DNA from: an uncultured Pseudomonadota bacterium
GTDB taxonomy: Bacteria; Pseudomonadota; Alphaproteobacteria; Rs-D84; CACZYB01
Direction of reading: 5' to 3'
NCBI GenBank assembly: GCA_902785275.1
Contig: CACZYB010000003.1
Coordinates: 64,001 to 128,000 of the forward strand
Length of the DNA stretch: 64,000 nucleotides
This document shows positions 28,779 to 38,998 of this stretch, piece by piece. Made by a program: the position numbers and the translations under genes. Numbering within the stretch: position 1 is the stretch's first letter; each line of letters begins with the position of its first letter. A model generated the notes under the pieces. It was not told where the DNA came from, searched no databases, and was given only the letters and a program-made list of their open reading frames with translations.

Positions 28779-30893
28779 TTATTTGTTCAAAGCTTGTTTA
28801 ATAGAAAGTCTTGTTTTTCCATCTTTGATTTCGGTTACCATAACACGAACCTTATCTCCGATAGCAAGAACATCTTCTATTTTTTTAACTTTCTTTTCTT
28901 GGATTTCTGAAATATGAACCATACCTTCGTTTGAACCGTTCATAATAGAAACTACGGCACCGAAATCCATAAGTTTGATAACTTCACCTTCATAGATTTT
29001 ACCAACTTCTGGATCAGCACAAATTTCAAGAACCATTTGTTTTGCTTGATCAATTTCATCTCTATCAAGACCTGCGATTTTTACAAGACCTGAATCATCG
29101 ATTTCAATCTTTGTATTTGTTTTTTCACAAATACCACGAATAACAACACCACCTGTTCCAATTACAGAGCGAATCTTTTTTGGATTGATTTGCATTTCGA
29201 AAATTGTTGGAGCATATGGAGAAAGTTCCTTTCTTGGAGCTTTGATTGCTTCGGCCATTTTACCAAGGATATGATTTCTTCCTTCATGTGCTTGAGCCAA
29301 AGCTTGCTTCATAATTTCAAATGTAATGGATGTAATTTTAATATCCATTTGAAGAGCAGTAATACCATCTTTTGTACCTGCAACTTTGAAATCCATATCA
29401 CCAAGATGATCTTCATCACCCATAATATCTGTAAGAATTGCGAATTGTTCGCCTTCTTTAATCAAGCCCATAGCGATACCAGCAACAGGAGCCTTTACAG
29501 GGATACCAGCATCCATCATAGCCAAACTTGCACCACAAGTTGTTGCCATTGAAGAAGAACCGTTTGATTCTGTAATATCAGATACTACACGGATTGTGTA
29601 TGGGAATTCTTCGTATGTTGGAAGCATTGCGTGATTTGCTCTCCATGCAAGTTTACCATGACCAATTTCACGACGACCTGGTGTGCCAAGCTTTCCACAT
29701 TCACCAACAGAGAATGGTGGGAAGTTATAGTGAAGCATAAATCTTTCACCATGTACACCATTTAAATCATCTTCTAATTGTTCATCATCTTTTACACCGA
29801 TTGTTGCAGAAACCAAAGCCTGTGTTTCACCACGTGTGAAAAGTGCAGAACCGTGGTTACGGCCAAGGATACCAACTTCACATTCGATTGGACGAACAGT
29901 TTTTGTATCACGACCATCAATACGAGGTTCACCACGTAAAATTGCACCACGCATTGTTTCAGCTTCTATATCACTGAAAACATAAGGTGCAACACGAAGA
30001 GAAACTTCATCATCTTCGGCAATAGTTGCAAATGCACGCTCCTTTATATCTGCCAAAGCATCTTGTCTTTCAAGTTTTGCTTTTATCTTATATGCCTTTG
30101 CAATTTCTTCACCAAATTCAGAAACGAATCTTTCTTTTAATACTGCATATTCAGGAACCTGTGCAGGGATTTCCCAGTCAGGATTACCAACTTCTGCTTT
30201 CATTTCTTTGATAAGTTTGATGATTGGTTGGAATGATTTGAAACCTGTTTCAACAGCAGAAAGCATTGTTTCTTCGGAAAGTTCATTTGCTTCGGATTCA
30301 ACCATCAAAACACCTTCGTCTGTACCAGCAACAACTAAATCAAGCTTTGTATTTTCAAGTTCTTGTCTTGTTGGGTTAACGATGAATTTATCATTAACGT
30401 ATGCAACACGAGCAGCACCGATAGGACCCATAAATGGAATACCTGAAATTGTTAATGCAGCACTTGATGCAATCATAGCAAGTATGTCAGGAGAATTGCA
30501 TTTATCATAGTTAAATACTGTTGCGATAACCTGAACTTCGTTTTTGAATGTTTCTGGAAACAATGGTCTTATTGGTCTATCGATAAGACGAGAAACCAAT
30601 GTTTCGTGAACACTTGGACGACCTTCACGGCGATTGAATGAGCCAGGAATCTTTCCAGCAGATGCAAATTTTTCCTGATAATTTACTGTTAATGGGAAGA
30701 AATCTTGACCTTCTTTTGCTTCCTTTGCAGCAACAACAGTTGCCAAAACAACAGTTTCACCATATGTTGCAAATACTGCACCTGTTGCTTGTCTTGCAAT
30801 TTTACCTGTTTGAAGAACAAGTTTTTTACCTTCCCACATTATTTCTTTTTCAACTATGTTAAACATAGATTTCTTTTTTCCTAATCCAAACAT
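28779..30893 (-). CDS. pnp: Polyribonucleotide nucleotidyltransferase (PNPase)
   Basis: [66 protein letters not shown] and S1 domains. Confidence 0.98.
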   Translation of the reverse strand: MFGLGKKKSMFNIVEKEIMWEGKKLVLQTGKIARQATGAVFATYGETVVLATVVAAKEAKEGQDFFPLTVNYQEKFASAGKIPGSFNRREGRPSVHETLVSRLIDRPIRPLFPETFKNEVQVIATVFNYDKCNSPDILAMIASSAALTISGIPFMGPIGAARVAYVNDKFIVNPTRQELENTKLDLVVAGTDEGVLMVESEANELSEETMLSAVETGFKSFQPIIKLIKEMKAEVGNPDWEIPAQVPEYAVLKERFVSEFGEEIAKAYKIKAKLERQDALADIKERAFATIAEDDEVSLRVAPYVFSDIEAETMRGAILRGEPRIDGRDTKTVRPIECEVGILGRNHGSALFTRGETQALVSATIGVKDDEQLEDDLNGVHGERFMLHYNFPPFSVGECGKLGTPGRREIGHGKLAWRANHAMLPTYEEFPYTIRVVSDITESNGSSSMATTCGASLAMMDAGIPVKAPVAGIAMGLIKEGEQFAILTDIMGDEDHLGDMDFKVAGTKDGITALQMDIKITSITFEIMKQALAQAHEGRNHILGKMAEAIKAPRKELSPYAPTIFEMQINPKKIRSVIGTGGVVIRGICEKTNTKIEIDDSGLVKIAGLDRDEIDQAKQMVLEICADPEVGKIYEGEVIKLMDFGAVVSIMNGSNEGMVHISEIQEKKVKKIEDVLAIGDKVRVMVTEIKDGKTRLSIKQALNK

Positions 30894-30925
30894 TTTTTAT
30901 CCTTTCGTTTGTTTGTTAGTAATCA

Positions 30926-31026
30926 GAAAAGAGAAAGGAAAGATGACTTTGAAAAGTCAGAAAATACAATCCAAGTAAGATATTATCCGCATTGGACTCT
31001 ATATTCTGACTTACCTTACCCTTTTC
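30926..31026 (-). promoter_or_regulatory. Long stem-loop in the pnp 5' leader (probable RNase III processing/autoregulatory structure)
   Basis: Nested complementary arms GAAAAGAG/CCCTTTTC, AAGTCAGAA (30954-30962)/TTCTGACTT (31004-31012), and ATACAATCCAA/TTGGACTCTAT. Confidence 0.65.
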
Positions 31027-31056
31027 CATATTCACAATGTTACCATAAAATCGGAC

Positions 31057-31077
31057 AAAAGGGAAGAAAATCTTCCC
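31057..31077 (-). terminator. Intrinsic terminator after the rpsO-orf unit
   Basis: Minus strand GGGAAGA-TTT-TCTTCCC-TTTT. Confidence 0.75.
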
Positions 31078-31084
31078 TCCCATC

Positions 31085-31354
31085 CTATCTTATATGTACA
31101 GTTTCGCTTGTATAATTATCAAAAAATTCCTTATACAAAGCAATGTCACTTAAGGTTTTCTTTCTGGCATTACATTTTGCCCAATATGCAGTACGATTAT
31201 ATCCCTTTACAATTTCAGCATGAGGACATTCTTTCATATTTGCAGGACAAGAATCTCCCTTTTCGCATTTACCAGAAATGCAAGGAGGTATTTGCCAAAC
31301 TTTACCTGTTTCAATAGCTTTTCTTGCGTAAACAGGAACCTTTGAATGTGACAT
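31085..31354 (-). CDS. Small Cys-rich hypothetical protein (possible metal-binding)
   Basis: 89 aa; ATG 1 nt after the rpsO stop; followed by a terminator; CISGKC-x5-C-x6-CPH...C. Confidence 0.75.
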   Translation of the reverse strand: MSHSKVPVYARKAIETGKVWQIPPCISGKCEKGDSCPANMKECPHAEIVKGYNRTAYWAKCNARKKTLSDIALYKEFFDNYTSETVHIR

Positions 31355-31355
31355 A

Positions 31356-31625
31356 TTATTTTCTTAAACCTAACTTTTTAATAATTTCTTCGTATGATTT
31401 TGGATTTGTTCTTTTAAGGTAAGCAAGCAAAGTTTTTCTGTTGTTTACCATTTTCATCATACCAACTTTTGAAGCATTATCTTTTTTGTTTGTTTTAAAG
31501 TGTTCAGTTAAGTTATTGATTCTTTCAGTAAGAATTGCGATTTGAACTTCTGATGAACCAGTATCTTTTTCTGAAGTTTTAAAATCTTTTATTAAAGCTT
31601 GTTTCTTTTCTTTTGTAATTGACAT
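31356..31625 (-). CDS. rpsO: 30S ribosomal protein S15
   Basis: [22 protein letters not shown]...LGLRK, 89 aa, between truB and pnp. Confidence 0.98.
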   Translation of the reverse strand: MSITKEKKQALIKDFKTSEKDTGSSEVQIAILTERINNLTEHFKTNKKDNASKVGMMKMVNNRKTLLAYLKRTNPKSYEEIIKKLGLRK

Positions 31626-31642
31626 TTTATAATCCTTTCTTT

Positions 31643-32566
31643 TTACAAGTTAAAAACACGGACAGTTTTTAAAAAACCATCTTCTAATTTAATAACTGCT
31701 GAAAGTTTGGAGTTTGATATTACTTTGTACAAAGAATCGGAGTTTAGATTATCAAAACCAATAGGTTTTATCCATTGTCCATTTCTTAACTTTTCATTTT
31801 GCCCTTCGTTTATATCCAAAGCCAAGATGTCGTTCAGCCCAAAGGATACAGGAAGCAAAATATCGCTATCAAAATTCCGTACATCCAACGATTGTTCGCT
31901 ATTTTGCAATATTTTTTCCAGTTTGTCAAGAGTTATTGCATTTTCCAAATTAAATGGACCGTTTGCAATACGCCTTAAATAAGAAACGTACCCAGCGGAA
32001 TTTAGCGCCCTTGCAATATCACGGGCAATAGAGCGAACATAAAAACCTTTATTCGCTGTAACCTTAAATTTAAACTCAATATCACTTATTTGTTCAATAA
32101 ATTCAAGATGATGGATAAAGTTTTTACGTGGTTTTATTTCAAAATCTTCACCCTGTCGTGCAAGGTCATAGGCACGCTTGCCATTAATCTTTATTGCAGA
32201 ATATTTTGGTGGAACCTGATCTATCTCACCAAGGAATTGTGAAAGAATAGATTTTATTTCATCTTTTGTTGGGATATAATCCGAAGAGATTGTTTTTTCA
32301 CCTTCACTGTCATCAGTAGTAGTTTCAAAACCAAATTTTATTGCAAATTCATAGGTCTTTTTATTTTCCATTTGAAAGGCGACAGTTTTGGTTGCCTCAC
32401 CAAGAGCTATTGGTAAAACACCACTTGCCAATGGATCAAGTGTTCCGGTATGACCGATTTTTACCTTACCAAATACTGGATAAAGAAGTTTTTTTACCTT
32501 AAAAATCACATCATTAGAGGTAATACCAAGGGGTTTATCTATATTTATAAAGCCATTCAAAGTCAT
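31643..32566 (-). CDS. truB: tRNA pseudouridine(55) synthase
   Basis: [45 protein letters not shown]. Confidence 0.97.
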   Translation of the reverse strand: MTLNGFINIDKPLGITSNDVIFKVKKLLYPVFGKVKIGHTGTLDPLASGVLPIALGEATKTVAFQMENKKTYEFAIKFGFETTTDDSEGEKTISSDYIPTKDEIKSILSQFLGEIDQVPPKYSAIKINGKRAYDLARQGEDFEIKPRKNFIHHLEFIEQISDIEFKFKVTANKGFYVRSIARDIARALNSAGYVSYLRRIANGPFNLENAITLDKLEKILQNSEQSLDVRNFDSDILLPVSFGLNDILALDINEGQNEKLRNGQWIKPIGFDNLNSDSLYKVISNSKLSAVIKLEDGFLKTVRVFNL

Positions 32567-32587
32567 ATTTTCACCCTTTTGATTTGG

Positions 32588-35278
32588 TTACAACATATCC
32601 TTTATTTCATACATAATGGAAAGTGCAGATTTAGGGGATAAATCATCTGGATTTATTTCTTTTAACCTATCACGAAGGCGATGGAGCTTTTCTTCTTCCT
32701 CTTTTTTCTTTGCATCTTCTGGCTTTGGTGCATAAGAGAACAAATCCATATCATCAATTTTTTGGATTATCTTTTTATTAGATAGTGATGAATCAGATGA
32801 TTCAAATGTTTCTAATATTTGAGAAGCACGAGAAATAACTTCATCTGGAATACCAGCAATCTTTGCAACATGAATACCATAGGATTTATCGGCAACACCA
32901 ATACCAACCTTGTGAATGAAAACAACATCACCCTTATATTCCTTTATTTCCATAGTATGGGCAGAAACGTTTTTCATTTTGCCAATGGCACCAGTTAATT
33001 CGTGGTAATGAGTTGCAAAAATTCCACGACAACGATTTATGTTATTAAGGTATTCAAGAACAGCCCATGCGATTGATAAACCATCAAAGGTTGCGGTACC
33101 TCTTCCTATCTCATCAAGGATAACGAATGAATGTTCATCGGCTTGGTTCAAGATTGTTGCAGTCTCACTCATTTCCACCATAAAGGTTGATTGACCACGT
33201 GCCAAATTATCCGATGCTCCGACACGACTGAAAAGTTTATTTACAACACCAATATGCGCAGATGTTGCAGGAACGAATGAACCAATCTGGGCCATTATAG
33301 TAATAATAGCATTCTGTCTTAAAAATGTGGATTTACCAGCCATATTTGGACCAGTTAAAATCCAAAGTTTACTGTCCTTACCATTATTTTCCAATGAACA
33401 ATCGTTTGGAATGAATGATATATTTTGTGGTTTTAAGTTTGCCTCTACTACTGGATGACGACCATCGACAATTTCGAATGCAAACGAATCGTCAATAACA
33501 GGCTTTGTATAATCATTGATTTTTGCAAGAAGTGCAAGCGATGAATACAAATCCAACTTTGCGATTGCATCAGATAATAAGTTTATATCCTCAATCCTGT
33601 TAAGAATAGACTTGCAAAGTTCATCAAACAAACTTAATTCCAAAGATAGGCATTTCTCCTGTGCTACCAAAACCTTTTGTTCAATTTCAGAAAGTTCCGG
33701 TGTGGTAAAACGAACACAATTTACCAAAGTTTGCTTATGCTTAAACCCACTGTTCTCAGAAAGAAGTGCGGTTGCCTGTTTGGTTGGAACTTCGATAAAA
33801 TAACCCGCAAGATTATTGTACTTTATCTTTAGATTTAAAATAGATGTATCAAGAGAATACTTTGCCTGTAAATCAAGTATAACCTGTTTTGTATTTTTTG
33901 AAAGAGATTTATATTCATCAAGGGTTGCGTCATATCCTTCTTTTATAAATCCGCCATCACGGGTAATAAGTGGGGGTTCATCAATAATCGCACTTTTGAT
34001 ATTATGTGCCAAAGATGAAAAATCCTTTATATTATCAATTATCCCAGCAATAGGATTTTCAATAGCATTATCAACCGAAGTTAAAAGTAAATCCTTAAGC
34101 GTTGGAAGGATTGATAATGTTTCACCAATATTTAATAAATCACGTGGACCGGCACGATTGCAACTTATTCTTGAAACAATTCGCTGTATATCAAACACTT
34201 GTGATAAAACATCACGAATATTTTCAATTAATTCTGGATTATTAAAGAAAAAATCAACAATGTTAAGACGTTCGTTTATACGTTTAACATTGGCAAGCGG
34301 TGAACTTAATGCTTTTTTAAGTTCCCTTTTTCCCATAGGTGTTTTTGTCTTATCCATAACGGCAAAAAGATTTGATGACTTAGTTGTATCATCATTTATA
34401 TTTTCAAATATTTCCAAATTTTTTACTGAAAATGCATCAATTTGAAGTATATCAGAATTTGACTCTTTGTGTGGTTTTGAAATATTTGGAATTTGCCCAA
34501 TTTGTGTTAGATTTACATAGTTTAAAATTGCACCCTGTGCACAAATTTCAGCATCGGTAAAATTACCAAGTACAGAAATATCGGAAACATGAAAAACTTC
34601 ACAAAGATTTGTTTTTGAATTCATAAAATCAAAAAATGAAATAGGTTTGAAAACAATTTTTGATTTAAACTGGGAAATAAAGTTTTCCAACTTTGGATTA
34701 TTGGAATAATCACTTGGCATAATAATTTCAGCCGGATTTTTTACAACAACTAATGATAAAAGTTCTGAAATTACATTTTCTTCGAATGAATAAATTGTAA
34801 ATTCACCAGTAGATATATCAGTTAATGCAACCGAAATCTTTGGATTTAAACCATCAACGAAATACAAAGACATAAGATAGTTATTAAATGAACCGTTTAA
34901 TAAATTATCTTCGGTCAAAGTTCCGGCAGTAATAATACGAGAAACTTCACGTTTTACAACAGCCTTGTATCCACGTTTTTTTGCTTCTTCCGGACTTTCC
35001 ATTTGGTCACAAATGGCAACCTTGAAACCCTGACGAACAAGCTTTGGCATATAGGAAGAAAATGCATGATATGGAACACCACACATTGGAACCTGACGTC
35101 CCATATATGTACCACGATGGGTAAGTGCAATATCCAAAGCCTTTGAAGCAACAACTGCATCATCGAAAAATAATTCGTAAAAATCACCCATACGATACAT
35201 AAGCAAGCAATCTTGATGCTGTGCCTTTACAGCTAAATATTGCTGCATCATAGGTGTTGCTTTTCCTAAATCTTCCAT
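32588..35278 (-). CDS. mutS: DNA mismatch repair protein MutS
   Basis: TPMMQQY, RMGDFYELF, PMCGVP, TGPNMAGKST, STFMVEM, DEIGRGT, FATHYHEL, SYGIHVA. Confidence 0.98.
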   Translation of the reverse strand: MEDLGKATPMMQQYLAVKAQHQDCLLMYRMGDFYELFFDDAVVASKALDIALTHRGTYMGRQVPMCGVPYHAFSSYMPKLVRQGFKVAICDQMESPEEAKKRGYKAVVKREVSRIITAGTLTEDNLLNGSFNNYLMSLYFVDGLNPKISVALTDISTGEFTIYSFEENVISELLSLVVVKNPAEIIMPSDYSNNPKLENFISQFKSKIVFKPISFFDFMNSKTNLCEVFHVSDISVLGNFTDAEICAQGAILNYVNLTQIGQIPNISKPHKESNSDILQIDAFSVKNLEIFENINDDTTKSSNLFAVMDKTKTPMGKRELKKALSSPLANVKRINERLNIVDFFFNNPELIENIRDVLSQVFDIQRIVSRISCNRAGPRDLLNIGETLSILPTLKDLLLTSVDNAIENPIAGIIDNIKDFSSLAHNIKSAIIDEPPLITRDGGFIKEGYDATLDEYKSLSKNTKQVILDLQAKYSLDTSILNLKIKYNNLAGYFIEVPTKQATALLSENSGFKHKQTLVNCVRFTTPELSEIEQKVLVAQEKCLSLELSLFDELCKSILNRIEDINLLSDAIAKLDLYSSLALLAKINDYTKPVIDDSFAFEIVDGRHPVVEANLKPQNISFIPNDCSLENNGKDSKLWILTGPNMAGKSTFLRQNAIITIMAQIGSFVPATSAHIGVVNKLFSRVGASDNLARGQSTFMVEMSETATILNQADEHSFVILDEIGRGTATFDGLSIAWAVLEYLNNINRCRGIFATHYHELTGAIGKMKNVSAHTMEIKEYKGDVVFIHKVGIGVADKSYGIHVAKIAGIPDEVISRASQILETFESSDSSLSNKKIIQKIDDMDLFSYAPKPEDAKKKEEEEKLHRLRDRLKEINPDDLSPKSALSIMYEIKDML

Positions 35279-35291
35279 TTTATACCTTTAA

Positions 35292-35426
35292 TTATTTTTG
35301 TTCTGGTTTCAAATCTTCGGGAATAATCAATGGATTATTTTCTGGAAGATATTCGTTGTAACGACATCTGCAACCACATCCAGAAACAACAAAACAAGTA
35401 AATAAAACTATTAAATATTTAAACAT
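35292..35426 (-). CDS. 44-aa small lipoprotein (possibly DUF3035-like)
   Basis: Not in ORF track. MFKYLIVLFTCFVVSGCGCRCRYNEYLPENNPLIIPEDLKPEQK*. AAGGAG RBS, lipobox VSGC, fills the gap between the AI-2E gene and mutS. Confidence 0.8.
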   Translation of the reverse strand: MFKYLIVLFTCFVVSGCGCRCRYNEYLPENNPLIIPEDLKPEQK

Positions 35427-35439
35427 AATTTCTCCTTAA

Positions 35440-36483
35440 TTAAAAAGTTGCACCATCTTCGGTAAGAAGCATTGCAAACTTCTTGGTTGATGGAAATTGT
35501 AATAAAATAATTGTTAAAATAATCATTATTGGAACACACAAAAACATTCCAACTACACCCCAAATGCTTCCCCAAATAACAAGGGAAAGTATTAAAACAA
35601 GAGGACTTAAATTCAAACGTTTTCCCATAATCTTTGGATCGATAATATTTCCGATAAGTAACTGGATTGAAATAATACCGACTGTTACAATAGATATTGG
35701 AAGTATGTCTCCATTAAACTGTAATACTGCAAACAAAATTGGAAATGCAGAGGATACAATAGAACCAATGGTTGGGATAAAGTTTAAAAGGAATATTAAG
35801 ATTGCCCAAAATGTTGCAAAATCAAGATTTACTGATTTCATTATTATAAACGCAAGGACACCTGTTAAAAGACTGGTAAACATTTTAACAGAAACATAAA
35901 CTTCGATTTTAGAGTAAACCTTTTCAAACAAAGCCTTTGTTTCCTTTTCACTTTTTTTAGATGAGAAAAATTGAGGAATCTTTTTTGAAAAACTTTTTTC
36001 TTCGAGAAGGATAAACAAAAGGTAAATAAACACCATTACCGATGAACGAACAAAGCTTGCCACGCCCTGAAACACAAGGTTAAGGACACTTGGGATATCG
36101 ATTTCCTTTATCGCATTTGCGAATGTAATTTTATGTTTGATACCAAGATAGTTTTGAAGTTTTTCGAAAATACCACCCATGTTTTTTTGGTAATGACCGA
36201 ATGTTTCGGAAACCTCATTAATATTTGATTTTATACCAATAACGATAAAGTATATTACACATGCAAGAGTAATTATTGCAAAAATTCTTGCAAAGTACCA
36301 ACTCCAACTTGGCAAGCGTAACTTTTCAATAAAAAACTTTGCATAATTTGTTGTAAGTATGTAAATAAGACACCACAAAAAAAGTGCAACAATAAATGGA
36401 AGAAATATAGACTGTCCGACCTTTAGAATATACAATGCAAGAAATAAAACTATTAAATTTAGAGCTTTTGATTTTTCGAACAT
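35440..36483 (-). CDS. AI-2E family (UPF0118/PerM) transporter
   Basis: FLLNFIPTIGS, GNIIDPKIMGKRLNLSP, WGVVGMFLCVP. Confidence 0.92.
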   Translation of the reverse strand: MFEKSKALNLIVLFLALYILKVGQSIFLPFIVALFLWCLIYILTTNYAKFFIEKLRLPSWSWYFARIFAIITLACVIYFIVIGIKSNINEVSETFGHYQKNMGGIFEKLQNYLGIKHKITFANAIKEIDIPSVLNLVFQGVASFVRSSVMVFIYLLFILLEEKSFSKKIPQFFSSKKSEKETKALFEKVYSKIEVYVSVKMFTSLLTGVLAFIIMKSVNLDFATFWAILIFLLNFIPTIGSIVSSAFPILFAVLQFNGDILPISIVTVGIISIQLLIGNIIDPKIMGKRLNLSPLVLILSLVIWGSIWGVVGMFLCVPIMIILTIILLQFPSTKKFAMLLTEDGATF

Positions 36484-36548
36484 TTTCTTCTCCTTAAATA
36501 AAATAATTATAATAAAAGAATATTAGCATATAAAAAATTTTTTACAAT

Positions 36549-36577
36549 AAAAAAGGGAGCAAATTTTACTCCCTTTT
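36549..36577. terminator. Intrinsic terminator after the DUF805-like gene
   Basis: AAAAGGGAG-CAAATTTTA-CTCCCTTTT. Confidence 0.7.
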
Positions 36578-36603
36578 AATACGATTATTACAAATTCATC
36601 CTT

Positions 36604-37368
36604 TTATTTTGGTGAATGCATTGCGATTTGCAACATAGTAATAAGGTATGCAGAATATATTGTTATAACGAAAAGATTATAACCAACAAATGACAATACC
36701 TTTAGTATATTTGAATAATATCTTCTGAACCATTTAACATTGATAAAGAATATTTGAAGAATATTGAATAACACAATACCCAAAATAAACCAAAGAACAT
36801 TGTTTATATCAGAACCAGCAAATACATTCTTATTCATAAATAAGTATGGAATAACTGCTAATACACCGATGATAAGGATGAACAAAATTCTTGTGAAAAG
36901 ATTTTTATCAAAGAAATAACCAATCTTTTTAAATCTATCAAAATGATTTTTGTATGAAGAATCATTTGGAAAATCACGTTCTGTCCTTAAGAAACAGAAG
37001 AATGGTTTGAAAAGGATTGTTCCAACAATAGAATAAAAACCACTTATTCCTAGAGAATGTGCTCTTTTATATCCAAGCGCAATCACAATCCAAAGGATAA
37101 ACAAATTGATAATACCGAAAATTGTATTAAAAACTTGACTGTTTTCAACTGGAACATTTACTGAAATAATATCCAAGATGAATGATAAAACTGTGAAAAA
37201 CAAACTAAAACCAATAAAAAGGTTTTTTGAAATTCTTCCTTCGAAAGAAAATAAAAAGTTTAACAAACCATGTCTTTTACCACCGTTTCCTGTATGGTTA
37301 GAATATCTTCTATGAGCTTGCCCCTTATTATTATATCTTTTTCTATAATTATTTTTTGTTTCGACCAT
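36604..37368 (-). CDS. DUF805-like inner membrane protein with basic N-terminal tail and extra C-terminal TMs
   Basis: FLFSFEGRISK and ALGYKRAHSLGISG match the DUF805 pattern (FxGRxxR ... KRxHDxGxSG). AAGGAG RBS. Confidence 0.75.
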   Translation of the reverse strand: MVETKNNYRKRYNNKGQAHRRYSNHTGNGGKRHGLLNFLFSFEGRISKNLFIGFSLFFTVLSFILDIISVNVPVENSQVFNTIFGIINLFILWIVIALGYKRAHSLGISGFYSIVGTILFKPFFCFLRTERDFPNDSSYKNHFDRFKKIGYFFDKNLFTRILFILIIGVLAVIPYLFMNKNVFAGSDINNVLWFILGIVLFNILQIFFINVKWFRRYYSNILKVLSFVGYNLFVITIYSAYLITMLQIAMHSPK

Positions 37369-37461
37369 AATAATTTCTCCTTAAAAGTTGTTAGTCGTTT
37401 AAAGTTTATACCAAATTAAAAAAAATTTCTACTAAAATAAATTCTTACTTTGATAAAAATA

Positions 37462-37737
37462 TTATAAATACTTTTGAAAATTATCAAATTTCAAAATGTT
37501 ACGATTTTTAGTTACAAGACAAATCATATATATGTATATATTTTCATCAGTAAGATTTTTTGTATTCATTATCCATGAAAGTTTATCTGGGTTAAGCTTT
37601 CTTAGGTTTTGCCATTTCGCAAAACGTGCATTGGTGAGTACAGATGCCTCACTTTCAGAAAAACCGTCTTTTATTAATAATGAAATATATTGATTACGTA
37701 GATTTTGAATATTCGGGTTCGGTTCGGGGTTATCCAT
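37462..37737 (-). CDS. Hypothetical protein
   Basis: 91-aa ORF from ATG 37737 with GAAAGG upstream; fills the space divergent from ychF. No recognised family. Confidence 0.55.
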   Translation of the reverse strand: MDNPEPNPNIQNLRNQYISLLIKDGFSESEASVLTNARFAKWQNLRKLNPDKLSWIMNTKNLTDENIYIYMICLVTKNRNILKFDNFQKYL

Positions 37738-37838
37738 AAAAATTTTACCTTTCAATTACCTTTAAATCTAAATCTTTCTTGATTTAAAAACAATTTCATT
37801 ATAAAGTATAGCAAAAATAAAAGCAATAGGAAAAAAAT

Positions 37839-38948
37839 ATGGGATTTAAATGTGGTATTGTTGGACTTCCAAACGTTGGAAAATCAACTTTGTTTAATGC
37901 GTTAACTCAAACTATACAGGCAGAATGTGCGAACTATCCGTTCTGTACTATTGAACCAAATTCTGGAATTGTTTCTGTTCCAGATGATAGACTTTTGAAA
38001 CTTGCAGAAGTAGCAAAATCAAAGGAAATACTTCCAACAAAATTGGAATTTGTTGATATTGCCGGACTTGTAAAAGGGGCAAGTAAAGGTGAAGGTTTGG
38101 GAAATCAATTCCTTGCAAATATTCGTGAAGTTGATGCGATTATTCATGTTGTTCGTTGCTTTGACGATGGAAATATTATTCACGTTGAAAACTCGGTTGA
38201 CCCAATACGTGATATTGAAACAATAAATACTGAACTTTTACTTTCTGATTTGGAAAGCTTGCAAAAGCGTGTTGTATTAACAGATAAAAAAGCAAAAAGT
38301 GGCGATAAAGAAGCAAAAATTCAATCAGAAGTTATGCATGCTGTAATTGAAAAGTTGGAGGCAGGACTTCCTGCATCAAAGGCAAGACCTGATGAAAAAG
38401 ATCCTGAACATCTTCGTGCATTCAGAATACTTCATTTGCTTACTGCAAAACCTGTACTTTATGTATGCAATGTTGATGAAAACTCTGCAGCAAGTGGAAA
38501 TGATTATTCGAAAAAAGTTGAAGAATATGCAAAGTCAGAAGGCAATACATCAACAATAATTTCTGCAAAGATTGAGCAAGAAATTGCATCACTTGAAAGC
38601 AAAGAAGAAAAGCAAGAATTTTTGGAAACATTGGGTATTTCAGAAACTGGACTTTCTAAAATTATTAAGGAAGGATACAAACTTTTGAACCTTATCACAT
38701 TCTTTACCATTGGTCCAAAAGAAGCTCATGCATGGACAGTAAGGGGTGGAGCAAAGGCTCCGGAAGCAGCAGGTGTTATACACACAGATTTCCAGAAAGG
38801 TTTCATTCGTGCCGAAGCAATTTCAACCGAAGACTTTATAAAATTTGGTGGTGAAGTTGGAGCACGTGAAAATGGAAAACTTAGAACCGAAGGAAAAGAA
38901 TATACCGTTCAAGATGGTGATATTTTTCACTTCCTTTTCAATGTATAA
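37839..38948 (+). CDS. ychF: Ribosome-binding ATPase YchF (Obg family)
   Basis: GIVGLPNVGKST, NYPFCTIEPN, DIAGLVKGAS, AAGVIHTDF, C-terminal TGS domain. Confidence 0.98.
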   Translation: MGFKCGIVGLPNVGKSTLFNALTQTIQAECANYPFCTIEPNSGIVSVPDDRLLKLAEVAKSKEILPTKLEFVDIAGLVKGASKGEGLGNQFLANIREVDAIIHVVRCFDDGNIIHVENSVDPIRDIETINTELLLSDLESLQKRVVLTDKKAKSGDKEAKIQSEVMHAVIEKLEAGLPASKARPDEKDPEHLRAFRILHLLTAKPVLYVCNVDENSAASGNDYSKKVEEYAKSEGNTSTIISAKIEQEIASLESKEEKQEFLETLGISETGLSKIIKEGYKLLNLITFFTIGPKEAHAWTVRGGAKAPEAAGVIHTDFQKGFIRAEAISTEDFIKFGGEVGARENGKLRTEGKEYTVQDGDIFHFLFNV

Positions 38949-38998
38949 GACTAAAAGAAACTTTTAAATCTATAAAAAATAATCCCACTTAAGCGGGG

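Noticed and set aside
30909-31115. 68-aa plus-strand ORF between pnp and the rpsO-coupled orphan
   Set aside because: Overlaps the pnp leader hairpin and terminator on the opposite strand; no RBS.
33816-34445. 209-aa plus-strand ORF
   Set aside because: Antisense shadow within mutS.
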